From the NCBI GenBank assembly GCA_977017645.1, contig OZ360223.1, positions 209,002,001 through 209,066,000 of the forward strand: a stretch of DNA of 64,000 nucleotides, in the 5' to 3' direction. Source of the DNA: Torpedo marmorata (lineage: Eukaryota). Positions 1-13,585 of the stretch are shown here, piece after piece (the first letter of the stretch is position 1; each line of letters opens with the position of its first letter). The notes below the pieces were generated by a model. The model ran no database searches and was not told where the DNA came from. It saw only the letters and a list, made by a program, of their open reading frames with translations. The translations under genes and the position numbers were made by a program.

Positions 1-180
1 TCTTCCCCGCTTCCATCAGATTCCTGAATAATCAATGAACCGAAGACACTGCCTTACTTCTCGTGCACTTTTAAAAATTTATTTATTGTTGTAAGGTGGT
101 TTGTATGAATGTTTGCACTGTGATGCTGCCGCAAAACAACGAATTTCGTGACTTGTACATGACAATAAATTCTGATTCTG
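1..180 (+). mobile_element. Rex1/Babar-like LINE, 3' end
   Basis: Ends in GACAATAAA-TTCTGATTCTG short-repeat tail; begins with the FFPxxIR-type ORF end seen in other Rex copies here. Confidence 0.6.
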
Positions 181-406
181 GCTGTTTACGCTACTTGCAC
201 TCGTGGCAGAGCCCATGGCTATATTAAATCATTGTGGCCTGACGGAGCCTACTGCACTATTGGCAAAGCTATCTCATCCCTTTGTGCTTCCAAGGATTTT
301 TTTTTAATATTTGGTCAAAGGCATTTCAAAAGTGTTGGTAAAATAATTAAAAGATTTTTTTACAATATGTATATTTCAATGCACAAGGTACTGCTGTTAT
401 CTAATC

Positions 407-621
407 CAGCCAGTCTCAATCTTTTGGCAGTGGCCCCCTAAGGACTCTGCTCAAAGTTAATGTGAAGTAGTCATTTAGTTGGTTTCCTCCGTACTTCTCT
501 CCTACTGATTACATAAAAAAACATAAATAATATTTTGATTTCAGTCCATGCCCCCCTCCCCCCCCTTAAAATGTGTTGTGTTCCCCAGGAGGGGATGTAT
601 GGCCCCTGTTGAGAATGGCAT
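407..621. mobile_element. Degenerate hAT-like MITE
   Basis: Imperfect TIRs CAGCCAGTCTCAA ... TTGAGAATGGCA; 8-bp flanks ATCTAATC/ATGTAATG only partly match. Confidence 0.35.
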
Positions 622-1951
622 ATGTAATGTGCATTAAAGACTGTTGCAAATCTGATGGGCCAGATACAGAGTGTACCTAAGCCCTCAGCTCAACAACTTG
701 TGGAATATCCCTGGACTCCCTGGTACATCCAGGGACAGAGCAAAATGGCAGATGCATGCACATCTGAAGTTAATCACATTTTCAATTCTAAGCACAGGTG
801 CAAGGAATATAGAACACACTACCAATCTGCTAATTATCTATCAGTGTATTCCAGCATAATATAATTCAGGCTATACCTTGATGAATTTACATGTATTTCT
901 CCTTGGAATTCATTTTGTGTGAATAAAAGCTGCAGGATTCAATTGAACATCATCTGAGAGGTCCAGTGGTGATAACTGCCATTACTTCTTTTAAACCAAT
1001 GTAACCTTGGAAGAGGAATAGAGGGAAATGGTGGGCATCTTGTACGTAAACTCAGGACAATGCTGCCTTGATATTTGGTGGAATAATTGGGGAAGGAGAT
1101 GGAGCAAAGCAGATTCTAGAACTATTTGTGATAGGACTAATTAACGTGGACAGTGATAATGCTTGGACAATTTTCTGTTGTTGAAAGGTCAATTGGAAAA
1201 TGAACAAAAGTAGGCATGTTTTGCAATAATATAAACATCCTACTTATCAAAAAATATTAGGTTGAAATAGTAAAATGTATTTTTTGTTGTTGCTGTAATG
1301 TTTACAATATTTATCAGTAAGATATACCTCTCCCTATTGATGAGCGAGAGAGAGAAAATTAGTCACACATAAATAAAATAGAAACTACCCTCCTGAGATT
1401 CCCTTCATGTTCACCTACATCAAGCCACTTCAATGCAGTATCCAGTTGATAGTGGAATCAATGCCTGCAATATGCACCACCCTACATTTGTAAATATTCA
1501 TAATTCAAACAAGTGTATCACTTTTTGATGAGATGATATGGTCACTGAGAACATATGATAAAAGAGATGAGGTTTTAGATCTTTTTGAAGATTAATTTAA
1601 GTTACCTGGATAAACAACAGAATTAGATTGAAACTTCATTATTTGAATTATTGGTGAAATAGAGCTGTAAAAGAGAGGCTTTTTCCACAATTTAGCTCAA
1701 GTGACCTACTCTTCTCTCCTTGCCATCATTATTTGCTCGATTTTAACATTTAAACCAGAAGAGTGCTAATTTCCTTGGCCACATAAACTGGCTAAACCCT
1801 CATTCAATTAAATTCATTTATTTCTGTCATTTACAACACTTAAGAGTCCAACACTTCAAAACAATTCATTGAAATGTTCTTCCACTGCAAAGCATTTATC
1901 AGTATTTGTGCAGAATCTCCTTCAAAGGATAATGTCTTTATTTTCCAACAG

Positions 1952-2117
1952 ATGGAGGGATAGATGTACGACTACATGGTCTCAAGATAAAATCTTCAAG
2001 GGAGAGGGACTTAGGGTTAAACATTGATATGTTTCAAGCAGCAAACCTAGTTCGTTATCCACGTCTTGAGGGACATGATGCTGATGTGTTGTATAGAAGA
2101 GCTGTGGTAATTCACAG
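1952..2117 (+). CDS. HECTD3: HECTD3 internal exon (upstream exons not found in window)
   Basis: cag|...|gt; encodes [56 protein letters not shown], matching the HECTD3 DOC-end/linker. Confidence 0.93.
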
Positions 2118-2964
2118 GTATGTATCTGCACTTTTGCATCCTCCAAGCAGGAGAGCACACAGATGTAGAGTCTTGCAGTGAAGCGATTACAATGTTGTAT
2201 TTGTATTGAAATTAAATTTAGAAAAAGGCAATAATCATGTTGGGATCTATTTTTAAGAGATTGTTTGACCATGCCTAATATGAACTCTAAGAAACACTAA
2301 ACATTTGCCACAGTCCTCAATTTATTTCTAAACTGCTGACAACGTAAAGCCAGCATTAGAAGAGATCAAGGAACAGAATTTGCATGGGGAGTAAGGTGAG
2401 AACTAAGTAAAGTAGGACAAATAACAAAGGGATAGGTGAGTCGTTCTTTGAAGAAGTCTGACATTTTTATCTAGAGTAAGTAAGTTTGAGTTGACTAAGG
2501 TAGAGATTTGCTTGCATAGTAATGAGGGTGATCATTGTTTTGGTAACCCCTGTTTTTCACTCAACCATAATCCATTCATATCACAGAAAAAGTTCAAAGA
2601 TGGCATTCACAAATTTGTAGCATTTATGTGACTGTAATATTTCCTTTCATCATAACATTCATAAAATTATATGGAAATTGAACAGTCGAAAATCTTGTAC
2701 GTAGTCTGCTTTCACAGAGCACCTTAAAAATAGTCTCAAGTAAATCTGATCTGCCCAACAGAAACTTTCATTGCTATTGCATCTTTAAGAAACATTCTGA
2801 GACACTGTACAAAGGAAATAAAGGATGCTGCCTAACCTTCACAGAAGAACTGAAGATGTGATCATAATGAAATATACAAAAAACATTTAAAGACAGAGAA
2901 GGGATCGCAAAACAGCTGCAAAGTGCTGGGAAGCATTAGCATGAAGGATCCATCACCAGAGGTG

Positions 2965-3505
2965 ATGGGATGTCTAGCAAGTGGGGAGCCTTTAAAAGTG
3001 AGTTAGCGAGAGTTCAGGGGCAACATGTTCCTGTTAGAGTAAAGGGTAAGACTGGCAAGAGTGGAAAACCCTGGATAACAAAAGATATTGAGACTCTAGT
3101 TAAAAAAGGAAGCATGTCTCAAGTACATGCAGCTGGGATCAAGTGAATTCCTTGAGTGTAGGGGATGTAGGACTGCACTCAAGGGAAATCAGAAGGGCAA
3201 AAAGGGCACATGAAGTCACTTTGGCAGATAAAGTAAGGACGAATCCTAAGAGATTCTACAAGTAATATAAAGGCAAAAGAGTAACTAGGGAGTGAATGCA
3301 ATCCCAAGCATCATCATGGTCTATGTGTGGAGCAAGGTGCTAAACAAATATTTCTTATTTGTATTTACCATGAATAAAGATGTGAATGCTAGGGTACTAA
3401 ATAGTGATGTCTTGAAGAGAGTCCACATTACTGAAGAGGAATTGCTTGAAATCTTAGGGTGTATAAAAGTTATAAATCTCCAGGACTTCACCAAATGCAT
3501 CCCAG
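2965..3505 (+). mobile_element. Degraded CR1 LINE ORF2 fragment
   Basis: Decayed CR1 EN-RT linker sequence (WxxFK..PWIT..NPKRFY..LNKYF); appears to resume near 5580-5700. Confidence 0.6.
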
Positions 3506-3530
3506 AAGCACAGAACTGTAAATGCTGGAA

Positions 3531-5518
3531 TTTTTTTTTTTGGAATATTTTATTTGTATTTTTTAAAGCCAAACATATTATCAATGATAAAAATAATACA
3601 TCATCAAATATAATATTCGTCTGTTGACTATTATACTAAAAAACAACAACAAAATTACAAACTTGGGAAAACCCACCCACACAATTCCCCCCAAAAGAAA
3701 AAAAAAAGAGAGGAATAGAATAAGAAAAGGTTGAAATAGAAAACCTGATCCCACCCCAACCAATACCCAACCCAGACTAACGTGGCCCCCACCCCAAGAA
3801 GACGGTGGAGGTTCTTCGTCCACCCCGCAGGCTTAAATTACTTGGCGCATACTTGGATTTCTGAAGAGGAAATGGACATAGGTCCTGGAGGCGAGGGGGG
3901 GCCTGGTTATAGATTTACAGCCATGTGTTGTAAATATGGAGTCCAAATCTTTAAAAAAAATACCATATCTATTTCTAAGATTATAGGTAATCTCAAGGGG
4001 AACACAACTGTACATTTCCTCATTCCATCTTGTCATACCTAGATGGGAATCAGACTTCCATGTGACCACTATACATTTCCTGGCCACCGCCAATGCGATC
4101 TCCACAAATTTTATTTGAAATTTTGACAGCCTCATCTTAGGTCTTACGCCGGAGATATTGCCCAATAGGAATAATTATGGGCGTTGTGGGAACCGAACTT
4201 CTGTAATTTGTTCCAAAGGTTTCCCCAAGTCGGTCTAGAAAGGTTTTACTTTGGGGCATGACCAGGTTAAATGTAAAAATGTTCCTATTTCTTTGCCGCA
4301 TCTAAAACATTTATCTGGTATTTCTGATTTAAATTTATTCAATTTTTGCGGCGTGAGATACAACTGGTGCAAAAAATTATATTGTACCAGTCTGTATCAC
4401 ACATTTATTGTGTTTTTCATACTGTCCTGACATAAGTCGGACCAGTTTATATCCAAGTCTGACTCCCATCTCTGTCTAGATCTATGTAGCCCCTATTTAG
4501 GGGTTCCTTTTTGTAGTAAAAGATAGGCTGCTGAAATAAACTTCTTTGTGATCCCCTTTCGAATCAAAGTCTCCACTTCACTTAGGGTCATTGATGGGCC
4601 CAATTTATCCCTTAAGTAAGATCTCAGCTGGAAATAGCAGAAGAGTGTATTATTCATAATACCATACTTATTTTTTAATTGTTCAAATGAGATAAGTTGT
4701 CCCTTGCATAGCAATCCTCGACACATCTGATCCCTTTCCGGGACCAGGCGTCCAGGATCTTATTATCCATTGTAAAGGGTATACACCTATTTTCAGCCAG
4801 GGGCATTTTTTGGAGATAACCTCCCCTTATTCCCAATTTGATCATTTATTTTATACCAGGTATGAATTATGTGTTTCAACAGGGGGGTTTCTTTCACACC
4901 GGATATTAATTTTTTATCCCATTTGATTATAAAGTCTCTGCTATCCTCTCTCCCACCTTATCCAGTTCCATCTTTACCCAGGAAGGCTTGCCTCCCCCTT
5001 CAAAGAAGGGGGTGATAAATTTCATTTGGGCTGCCTAATAATATTTTTTGAAATCTGGGAGTTGTAAACCTCCCAGTTCATGGAGATATGTTAATTTTTC
5101 AGTGGAGACTCTGGCTACCTTACCTCTTCAAATAAACTTCCTGATATATTTATTGAATTCTTGAAAGAACCCTCGAGGCAATGGTTTCGGTAGTGTTTGG
5201 AAAAGATATTGGACCCGTGGCAATATATTCATTTTTATACAGTTGACCCTACCAATAAGTGTTATTGGCAGTGCTGTCCATCTGTTAAGATCCTCTTCAG
5301 CTTTTCAAAGCAAGGGGAGGTAATTTAACTTATACAAATCTTGTAAGTTGTTATTTGTTTTAATACCTAAATATTTTATCCCATTTTCCGGCCACTTAAA
5401 ATTAGTATTCCTTTGGTATTGAGTATAATCCCCTCCCGTAAGTGGCATAATTTCACTTTTGTCCCAATTTATCTTATAACCGGAAATTTTCCCATAATCT
5501 TCCAATTTTAAGTACAAT
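3531..5518 (-). mobile_element. 5'-truncated L1-type LINE
   Basis: Poly(T) at 3531; ORF2 C-terminal pieces (SGYKINWDKS, IKYLGI, PLEITYNLR); TSD TAAATGCTGGAA at 3519-3530 and 5519-5530. Confidence 0.9.
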
Positions 5519-5808
5519 TAAATGCTGGAATCTTGAGCTAACAAGTGAGAATTGATCAGTTGATTGATTGATCAGTTGTGGGAAAGTTACTGGAGGGAAT
5601 TCTGAGAAACAGGATCTGCATGCATTTGGAAAAGCGAGGACTGATTAGGGATAGTCACCATGACTAAGGGCAAGGGAACTTGTTTCATGAATTTGAAGGC
5701 ACTGTGGAGGTTGTTATGGAGATTGTGCTTGATCGTGTAACTTTAAGCTTAATTGTAATAACGTGACTATCTACTTTGTCCATATTAATTGAATTATTTG
5801 TTGCCTAG

Positions 5809-5890
5809 ATTTCTGAAACTCCTGGACAACCTAATTCACTACCTAGTGCCAGCCTGGGACCACACTGTGGGATCATTTGGTCATTTGAAG
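5809..5890 (+). CDS. HECTD3: HECTD3 exon
   Basis: tag|..|gtaag; [27 protein letters not shown]; phase matches previous exon. Confidence 0.93.
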
Positions 5891-6665
5891 GTAAGCTGTT
5901 CAGCTTGGAAATGCAAGCTAACTGATCTTCATGGTTTAGGTCTAATTCTGATGAATGTACCCTCTACCTAGTCCAAAGCTGTCAAGGGTTCGCTGCTTAA
6001 AACAGTTCAACACACTGGGTATGATTTGTCTATAAGAAATAAAATCAGGGGAAGGCCATTCATAAAAGTCAAGAAAGTCATGTACAAACTTGTTGGGATC
6101 TGAATGCTATTTTCCAATGCATTGTCAGTGCTCCATTCCCTCCTTCATTTATATCTGATATGACTTCTACTCCGTTCACGCATGCATACATCCTTCAGTG
6201 CTCTATCCCAGTCTTTTACGTAAACACTGATACCCACTGATAAATGACAAATTTCACATCTTGTTCCTTCAAAGATTAATTGTATTGCAGAATTAAATTG
6301 TTTTTAAATTTGTCCCTTTTCTCTCAAAATGCCATTCACCTACCCAATCCTTATTTCTCTTGTTTATAATTTATATTGAGCTTGTAATTCTTGCTTTATA
6401 GCTTCTGGTTTAGATTCTGCATGCCTTTGTGAGGATTCTTCAATTTAATTGGTTAAAGAGGTTCACTACTGCTTGTACAGCTCATAGATACCTTCTAGAA
6501 AGCATAGCTCTGGGTCAGGCACGAAATTAGAGCAAACATCCATTCTAAAGCTCTCAAACATCTGCGTGCAGGTGTCACCAAAGTGAAATGGTGAGACCTA
6601 TTCCTTCACTGAAGACTGCAAAATCCAGGTCAACAAGTTGATAAAAGTGCTTTTTTGCTTTCCAG

Positions 6666-6848
6666 CACATCAAACAGTTCCTCTTGCTTTCAAAACGGCG
6701 CACAGCCCTCATCACACAATGCCTCAAGGATTCGGAAACCAACAAACCCTACTCCATGCCAAAACTCTATATAAATCGGCGAGTAGCCATGGAGCATCGT
6801 AACAACCCATCCCTTGATCCTTCTTGTAAGAATGCTGTGTTCACACAG
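6666..6848 (+). CDS. HECTD3: HECTD3 exon
   Basis: cag|..|gtatgt; [61 protein letters not shown]. Confidence 0.95.
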
Positions 6849-7786
6849 GTATGTCAAAGTGATCCAAAACAATTTTCTTGCATGTATAAGTAAATCTAGA
6901 ATTGTTACCTCAGGATTTGTGGCAATTGAATTTAAATGATTTAATTTTAAATTTATTTTCTGATAATTCTTCCCAATGATTCATTGAGTTTGTAGGCACC
7001 ATCTGCTGTGGTACTGAAATATACATAGACACATGGAATTGTTTCAGTACCAAAGGAGGCTGTTTGGCCATTTCTGTCTATCCTAGCTTCCAGTAGACCA
7101 AATCTATCATTCTTATTTCCCTCATACAGTCCAATACACAGGAGAAAGATCCAAGTCAAGTCACATGTTCTCTTTAGCACTTTTTAATGAAGTTAAAATC
7201 TCACATTATTTACAAGAGTAAAGTTGACAAAATTTGAAATGTAAAGTCATAAGATGATTTTCAGGCAGATGACTACAAGGATTATCGTAAAAAGAGGAAA
7301 GATCTGCAGAGATGTTTGAGAAGGGATTCCAGAATTTAAGGCGCAAACAGTTAAATATAGGACCACCATTGGGAGAAGGATTGATTCTCAAGGGACCAGA
7401 AATGGAGGAACACAGATGCATAAGAATGTTGCAAGAGCAGAGGGGATTCTGAAGAAAGGATGGGCCAAGCTGACTTCAATTGTTGTCTAGATTCAATAAT
7501 GGATAGAACTTCAAGATCATCTGTCAGACCTAAAATTGTGAAAAAAATACTTAGTTTGATGAAAGATTTAAATTTAATAGATATTTGGAGGAGACTGAAT
7601 CCTAGGGAAAAAGATAATTCATTTTATTCATTTAGATATGACTCATATTCTAGAATAGATTTATTTTTATTATCATCACAAGTTCAAGATAGAATATCGC
7701 AAGTATCTTATAAAGCGAGGGTAATTTCTGATCATTCGCCTTGTTATTGTCTTGTATAATTCCGGAAAGAGAAAAAACTATATATA

Positions 7787-9488
7787 CCGTATATTTCGGC
7801 GTATAAGTCGACCGGCGTATAAGTCGACCCCCCTTTTTCAGCCTCATTTTAATGGTTTTATGGTATATCCGGCGTATAAGTCGACCCCAAAAATCTCGAT
7901 GCCTGAGATGTTGCGCATTGACCGGCGTATAAGTCGACTGTAAATTAAGCAAGTACCGGTAAGTAAAAAAAACAGTAAAATAAACCTTTGCTTCTGGCCG
8001 GGAAGATGCAGGTGCGGCGACGTCTTTCTCCCGAGCAGGAGCGGGGACTCATTCTCCCGAGCAGTAGCGGGGAGCTCGTTCTCCCAGGCAGGAACGGGGA
8101 GCTCGTTCTCCCAGGCAGGAACGGGGAGCTCGTTCTCCCAGGCAGGAGCGGGGAGCTCGTTCTCCCAGGCAGGAGTGGGGAGCTCGTTCTCCCAGGCAGT
8201 AGCGGGGAGCTCGTTCTCCCAGGCAGTAGCGGGGAGCTCGTTCTCCCAGGCAGTAGCGGGGAGCTCGTTCTCCCAGGCAGTAGCGGGGAGCTCGTTCTCC
8301 CGAGCAGGAGCGGGGAGCTCGTTCTCCCGAGCAGGAACGGGGAGTTCGTTCTCCCGAGCAGGAGCGGGGAGCTCGTTCTCCCAGGCAGTAGCGGGGAGCT
8401 CGTTCTCCCGAGCAGTAGCGGGGAGCTCGTTCTCCCAGGCAGTAGCGGGGAGCTCGTTCTCCCGAGCAGGAGCGGGGAGCTCGTTCTCCCAGGCAGTAGC
8501 GGGGAGCTCGTTCTCCCGAGCAGGAGCGGGGAGCTCGTTCTCCCGAGCAGGAGCGGGGAGCTCGTTCTCCCGAGCAGGAGCGGGGAGCTCGTTCTCCCAG
8601 GCAGTAGCGGGGAGCTCGTTCTCCCGAGCAGGAGCGGGGAGCTCGTTCTCCCAGGCAGGAGCGGGGAGCTCGTTCTCCCAGGCAGTAGCGGGGAGCTCGT
8701 TCTCCCGAGCAGGAGCGGGGAGCTCGTTCTCCCGAGCAGTAGCGGGGAGCTCGTTCTCCCAGGCAGTAGCGGGGAGCTCGTTCTCCCGAGCAGGAGCGGG
8801 GAGCTCGTTCTCCCGAGCAGGAGCGGGGAGCTCGTTCTCCCGAGCAGGAGCGGGGAGCTCGTTCTCCCGAGCAGGAGCGGGGAGCTCGTTCTCCCGAGCA
8901 GTAGCGGGGAGCTCGTTCTCCCGAGCAGGAGCGGGGAGCTCGTTCTCCCGAGCAGTAGCGGGGAGCTCGTTCTCCCGAGCAGGAGCGGGGAGCTCGTTCT
9001 CCCGAGCAGGAGCGGGGAGCTCGTTCTCCCGAGCAGGAGCGGGGAGCTCGTTCTCCCGAGCAGGAGCGGGGAGCTCGTTCTCCCGAGCAGGAGCGGGGAG
9101 CTCGTTCTCCCAGGCAGGAGCGGGGAGCTCGTTCTCCCAGGCAGTAGCGGGGAGCTCGTTCTCCCGAGCAGGAGCGGCGACCTCGTTCTCCCGGGTAGGA
9201 GCGGGGAGCTCGGACTCTACAATTGTAGAATGTCTGGGTGGTTTATGGCGGCGCCCGGCAGTGGGGAGGTGTCGGGGAGCGGCGGCGCCGGCGGTGGGGA
9301 GGCGCTTCCAGGGTCGACCTATACGCCGAATCGTGTTTTCAGGGGTCGACTTATACGCCGAATCGGCGTGAACTCGATTTTGAGCTGATTTTAAGGTCTC
9401 AAAAGTATATCCGGCGTATAAGTCGACCCCCGTTTTTTGAGACATTTTTGAGGGTTTCAAGGGTCGACTTATACGCCGAAATATACGG
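7787..9488. mobile_element. Non-autonomous Tc2/pogo-like MITE inside L1 ORF2
   Basis: Perfect 27-bp TIRs CCGTATATTTCGGCGTATAAGTCGACC; TA TSD at 7785-86 and 9489-90; removal restores L1 frame EKTIYNWRF; repeated subterminal CGGCGTATAAGTCGAC motifs. Confidence 0.92.
8026..9211. repeat. 27-bp GC-rich minisatellite, about 44 units
   Basis: Unit GCGGGGAGCTCGTTCTCCCGAGCAGGA with CCAGGC/CCGAGC and GGA/GTA variants. Confidence 0.97.
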
Positions 9489-12400
9489 TAATTGGAGATT
9501 TGACTCATCGTTATTAAAAAGGAAAGATTTTTGTGAATATATAAGAAAAGAAATTCAAGAATTTTTACGAATAAATACTAACTCTACTAATGATAAATTT
9601 ATAGTATGGGAAGCTTTAAAAGCTTATTTAAGAGGTTTAATAATAAGTTATTCAGTTAAAATTAAGAAAGATTATCTTAGAGAATCAGAAAAATTAGAGA
9701 AGGAGATTGAACTTATGGAAAAAGACTTACAGAGAAATAGATCAATTCAAAAAAGAAACTGTTTAACAAGGAAGAAATTACATTATAATTTGTTGCAAAC
9801 ATATAAAATGGAAAAATTAATTGAGAAAACTAAACAAAGGTAATACGAATTAGGAGAAAGAGCACATAAAGTTTTGGCATGGCAATTGAAAAAAGAACAA
9901 GTTTCTAAAACTATAAATGCTATAAGGAAGAAGAATACTGGAGAAATAACTTATAAACCTCAAGAAATAAATGAATCTTTTAAAGATTATTATCAGAATT
10001 TATATAGATCACAGATTGATCAAGATGATTCTAAAATTAATAGATTTTTATCTAAAATTACATTACCTAAATTGAATGATCGGAGTAGAGATTCTTTAGA
10101 CTTACCTTTTACAATGAGGGAAGTTACTGAAGTTTTTTCATCGTTGAAGAATGGTAAATCTCCGGGTGATGATGGGTTTTCATCAGAATTTTATAAAGAA
10201 TTTAAAGATTTATTAATAGCTCCGTATATGGAAGTATTAGATCAAATTACAGAAACTCATTTATTACCGAAAACATTTTTAAATGCTATAATTACAGTTA
10301 TACCAAAGAAAGATAGAGATGTATTAAAAACTGAATCATATAGACCTATTTCATTATTGAATGTAGACTATAAAATAATGGCAAAAATTTTAGCAAATAG
10401 AATGGCTAAATATCTACCAGATTTGATACATTTAGATCAAGCTGGTTTTATTAAAAATAGATATTCAAAGGATAATATAGCTAGATTAATTAGTTTAATT
10501 GGTTTGAATAAAAAGAAGGAGGATTTACCATTAGTTGTAACATTAGATGCTGAAAAGGCTTTTGATAGATTAGAATGGAATTTTTTATTTAAGGTGTTAG
10601 AAAAATTTGGTTTTGGTAATATATTTATAAATTGGATTAAAACTATATATAAAGAACCATCAGCTAAAGTGGTTACAAATGGACAAACATCGTCAAAATT
10701 TTCTTTGACACGATCTACAAGACAGGGATGCCCCCTATCACCAGCATTATTTGTTTTGGCAATAGAACCTTTAGCCGAATTAGTTAGAAAAGATCCTAAA
10801 ATAGTAGGTATTAAAGTTGGTAGGGAAGAACATAAGATTAGTTTGTTTGCAGATGATGTATTGATATATATGACAAAATCTATTATGTCACTTCAACAAT
10901 TATCTATTATACTAAGAGAATATGGTGAAGTATCTGGATATAAAATTAATTCAGATAAGAGTGAAATAATGGCTTTATCTCAAGGTGATTACACTAGATG
11001 TAAAGAAGTAACGCAATTTAAATGGGCTAAAGAGGGAATTAAATATTTAGGGGTTAAGGTTGATACAAAATTGGAAAATTTATATATATTAAATTATTTA
11101 CCATTATTTGTGAAAATAAAGAAAGATTTAGAGAATTGGAAAGATTTACCTATAACTTTAATGGGAAGGGTAAATTGTATTAAAATGAATATTTTTCCAA
11201 GAGTTCAATATCTTTTTCAATCAATTCCTTTTGGAATTCCTCAAAAATTTTTTAAAGATTTAAACTTTATTGTTAGGAAATTTTTGTGGAAAGGAAAGTT
11301 AGCAAGAGTAAGTATGGAAAAATTAACTTGGAACTATGAGTTAGGAGGATTGCAACTTCCTAATTTTCAAAATTATTATAAAGCAGCTCAATTAAAATTT
11401 GTTAATGAATTTTTCGATTCAAATAAAACTTCAGCTTGGATTAAAATAGAATTAAATAATATAGGAGAGAGCTTTAAAGAAGAGATTATCTATAAATGGG
11501 ATTCTAAATTAATATCAGTAAAAAAGAAAAATTCACCGATTATCAAGCATTTGTTAGAAATATGGGGTAAATTGGATAAAGAGATAGGTGGAAGAGGATT
11601 AATTTCTTCAAATATGCCTTTATATCAAAATGGACTTATTCCATTTACTATTAACAATCAGTTATTTAGAATTTGGTTTCAAAAAGGTATTAAGAAGATT
11701 AATGATTGTTTTGAAGCTGGAAGATTTATTACGTTTCAAAGAATGAAAGATAAATTCAATATATTAGATAATACATTTTTAGCTTATTATCAAGTTAAAG
11801 CTTTTTTAACCGAGAAATTAGGTCATGCTTTGATTTTACCAAGACAAAATGAATTAGAACTATTAGTTACTAATGGAGAAGTTAATAAATTTATTTCTCA
11901 AATGTATAAATTGTTTCAAAGGAAAATGCCTAAAGCAGGAATTCATAAATAAAGATTAAAGTGGGAATTAGATTTGAATATACGAATAGATGAGAATCAT
12001 TGGAAAGAATTATGTAAATTAAGTATGACGAAGATTATTAATGTTAGATATAGATTAGTGCAATATAACTTTTTTCATCAATTATATTTAACACCTAAAA
12101 AATTAAAGAAATTTAATCCGACATTATCAGGTTTATGTTTTAGATGTAATAATGAGGAAGGTTCTTTTGTACATTCTACATGGTTTTGTCCAAAGATTCA
12201 AGATTTCTGGTTGAAAGTAAAAACTTTTTTAGATAAAGTATTTAATATTACATTTCCAATGGATCCTATGTTACTTTTATTTGGAGATATTAGAAAATTT
12301 AGTATTAAAAAGAAATTAAATATGTTTCAAGTAGAATTTTTGCGAATTGCTTTAGCTGTTTCGAAAAAATGCATTGCCATTACTTGGAAATCTGATTTAG

Positions 12401-12833
12401 ATTTAGGATTAGAAAGATGGCATGCAGAACTTCGTTCTTGTATACCACTGGAAAAAATTACTTATAATTTACGTAATAAATATAATTTCTTTTTGAAAAT
12501 TTGGAGCCCATATATGAGAGCTGTGGGCTTAAGGATTTGAAGATCTCTGGACATCGGATCTACTGGCACATTTGACCTCCATAATAGATTTAGTTTATAG
12601 ATGTATGTTCCCCTCATTCTATCTTTTCCTTTCTTTTTTTACTATTTTTATTTTTTATTGTTACTTTCTTATTAGATTAGTGGGGATGGGGGGGTTAGGG
12701 AAGGGAGGGAGGGGGGGGTGAAAATATATCACATGTATTTTGATAATTCTATATTTTATTCTATGTATTTTGTGATTTAAAAGTTTAAATAAAATATATT
12801 AAAAAAAAGGAAGGGCCAAGCAATAAAGGGATT

Positions 12834-13585
12834 TCAAGTCAAGTTTATTGTCATCTGATTGTACAAGTACATCCCGACGAAACAGCGTTCTCTGGTCCTC
12901 GGTGCAAAACGTGCAGACATACAACCAGACATAACACACGTACAGACAAACAATACATATGCACGACGTGTATTTCATCTATACAAATAAATAAATAAGT
13001 ATTGTTTCATGAATATGAGAGTCTCGGATGGTTAGTGTGAGCAGTTCTTTTGGTTGTTCAGCATTCTCACTGCCTGTAGGAATAAGCTGTTCCTCAGCCT
13101 GGTGGTGCTGGCTCTGATACTCCTGTATCTCTTTCCCGATGGGAGCAGCTGAAAGATGCTGTGTGCAGGGCGGAAGGGGTCCGCAATGATTTTGCGCGCC
13201 CTCTTCAGACAATGATCTCAGTAGATCACATAGATTGGTGGGGGGGGGGTGGAAGGGAGACTCCATTAATCCTCTCTGTCACTCTTATGGTCCTGTGGAT
13301 TGACCTCTGATCCATTTCTCTGCAGCAACTGTACCACTTTGATGCAACCGGCCAGGACACTCTCGATAGAGTTCCTATAGAAGGTTGACATAATGGTGGC
13401 CGGTAGCCTTGCACGCTTCAGTCTTCTCAGGAAGTGCAGTCACTGTTGCGCCTTCCTGACAAGTGAGGAGATGTTGAATGTCCGCGATAGGTCACTAGTT
13501 AAGTGAACTCTAAGGAACGTGGTGCTCTCCACTCTACTACAGATTTGTTGATTTGTAGTGGAGGGTGGTCGTTCCTGGTCCTCAT
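12834..13585 (-). mobile_element. Rex1/Babar-like LINE 3' fragment
   Basis: Tail TCAAGTCAAGTTTATTGTC; RVESTTFLRVHLTSDLS..VRKAQQ; same family as copies at 50234 and 59311. Confidence 0.85.

Larger units (their letters stand above)
7471..12805 (+). mobile_element. L1-type LINE, 5'-truncated in the APE domain, near-intact ORF2 interrupted by a MITE
   Basis: APE DFN and SDH motifs; RT QGCPLSP, FADD, KYLG; C-terminal CFRC..H..WFC; AATAAA and A tail; TSD AAAGGA(T/A)GGGCCAAGC at 7455-7470 and 12806-12821. Lesions: frameshift near 7740, stops at 9841 and 11950. Confidence 0.95.

Noticed and set aside
8026-9211. Hairpin repeat array as a CRISPR-like locus
   Set aside because: Units are contiguous with no unique spacers, there are no cas-like genes, and the context is a vertebrate intron.
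7844-9508. Long ORFs of 554, 466 and 398 aa with 9-aa repeats
   Set aside because: They are by-products of a 27-bp (multiple of 3) GC-rich tandem array that is open in several frames on both strands; no domain or transposase motif.
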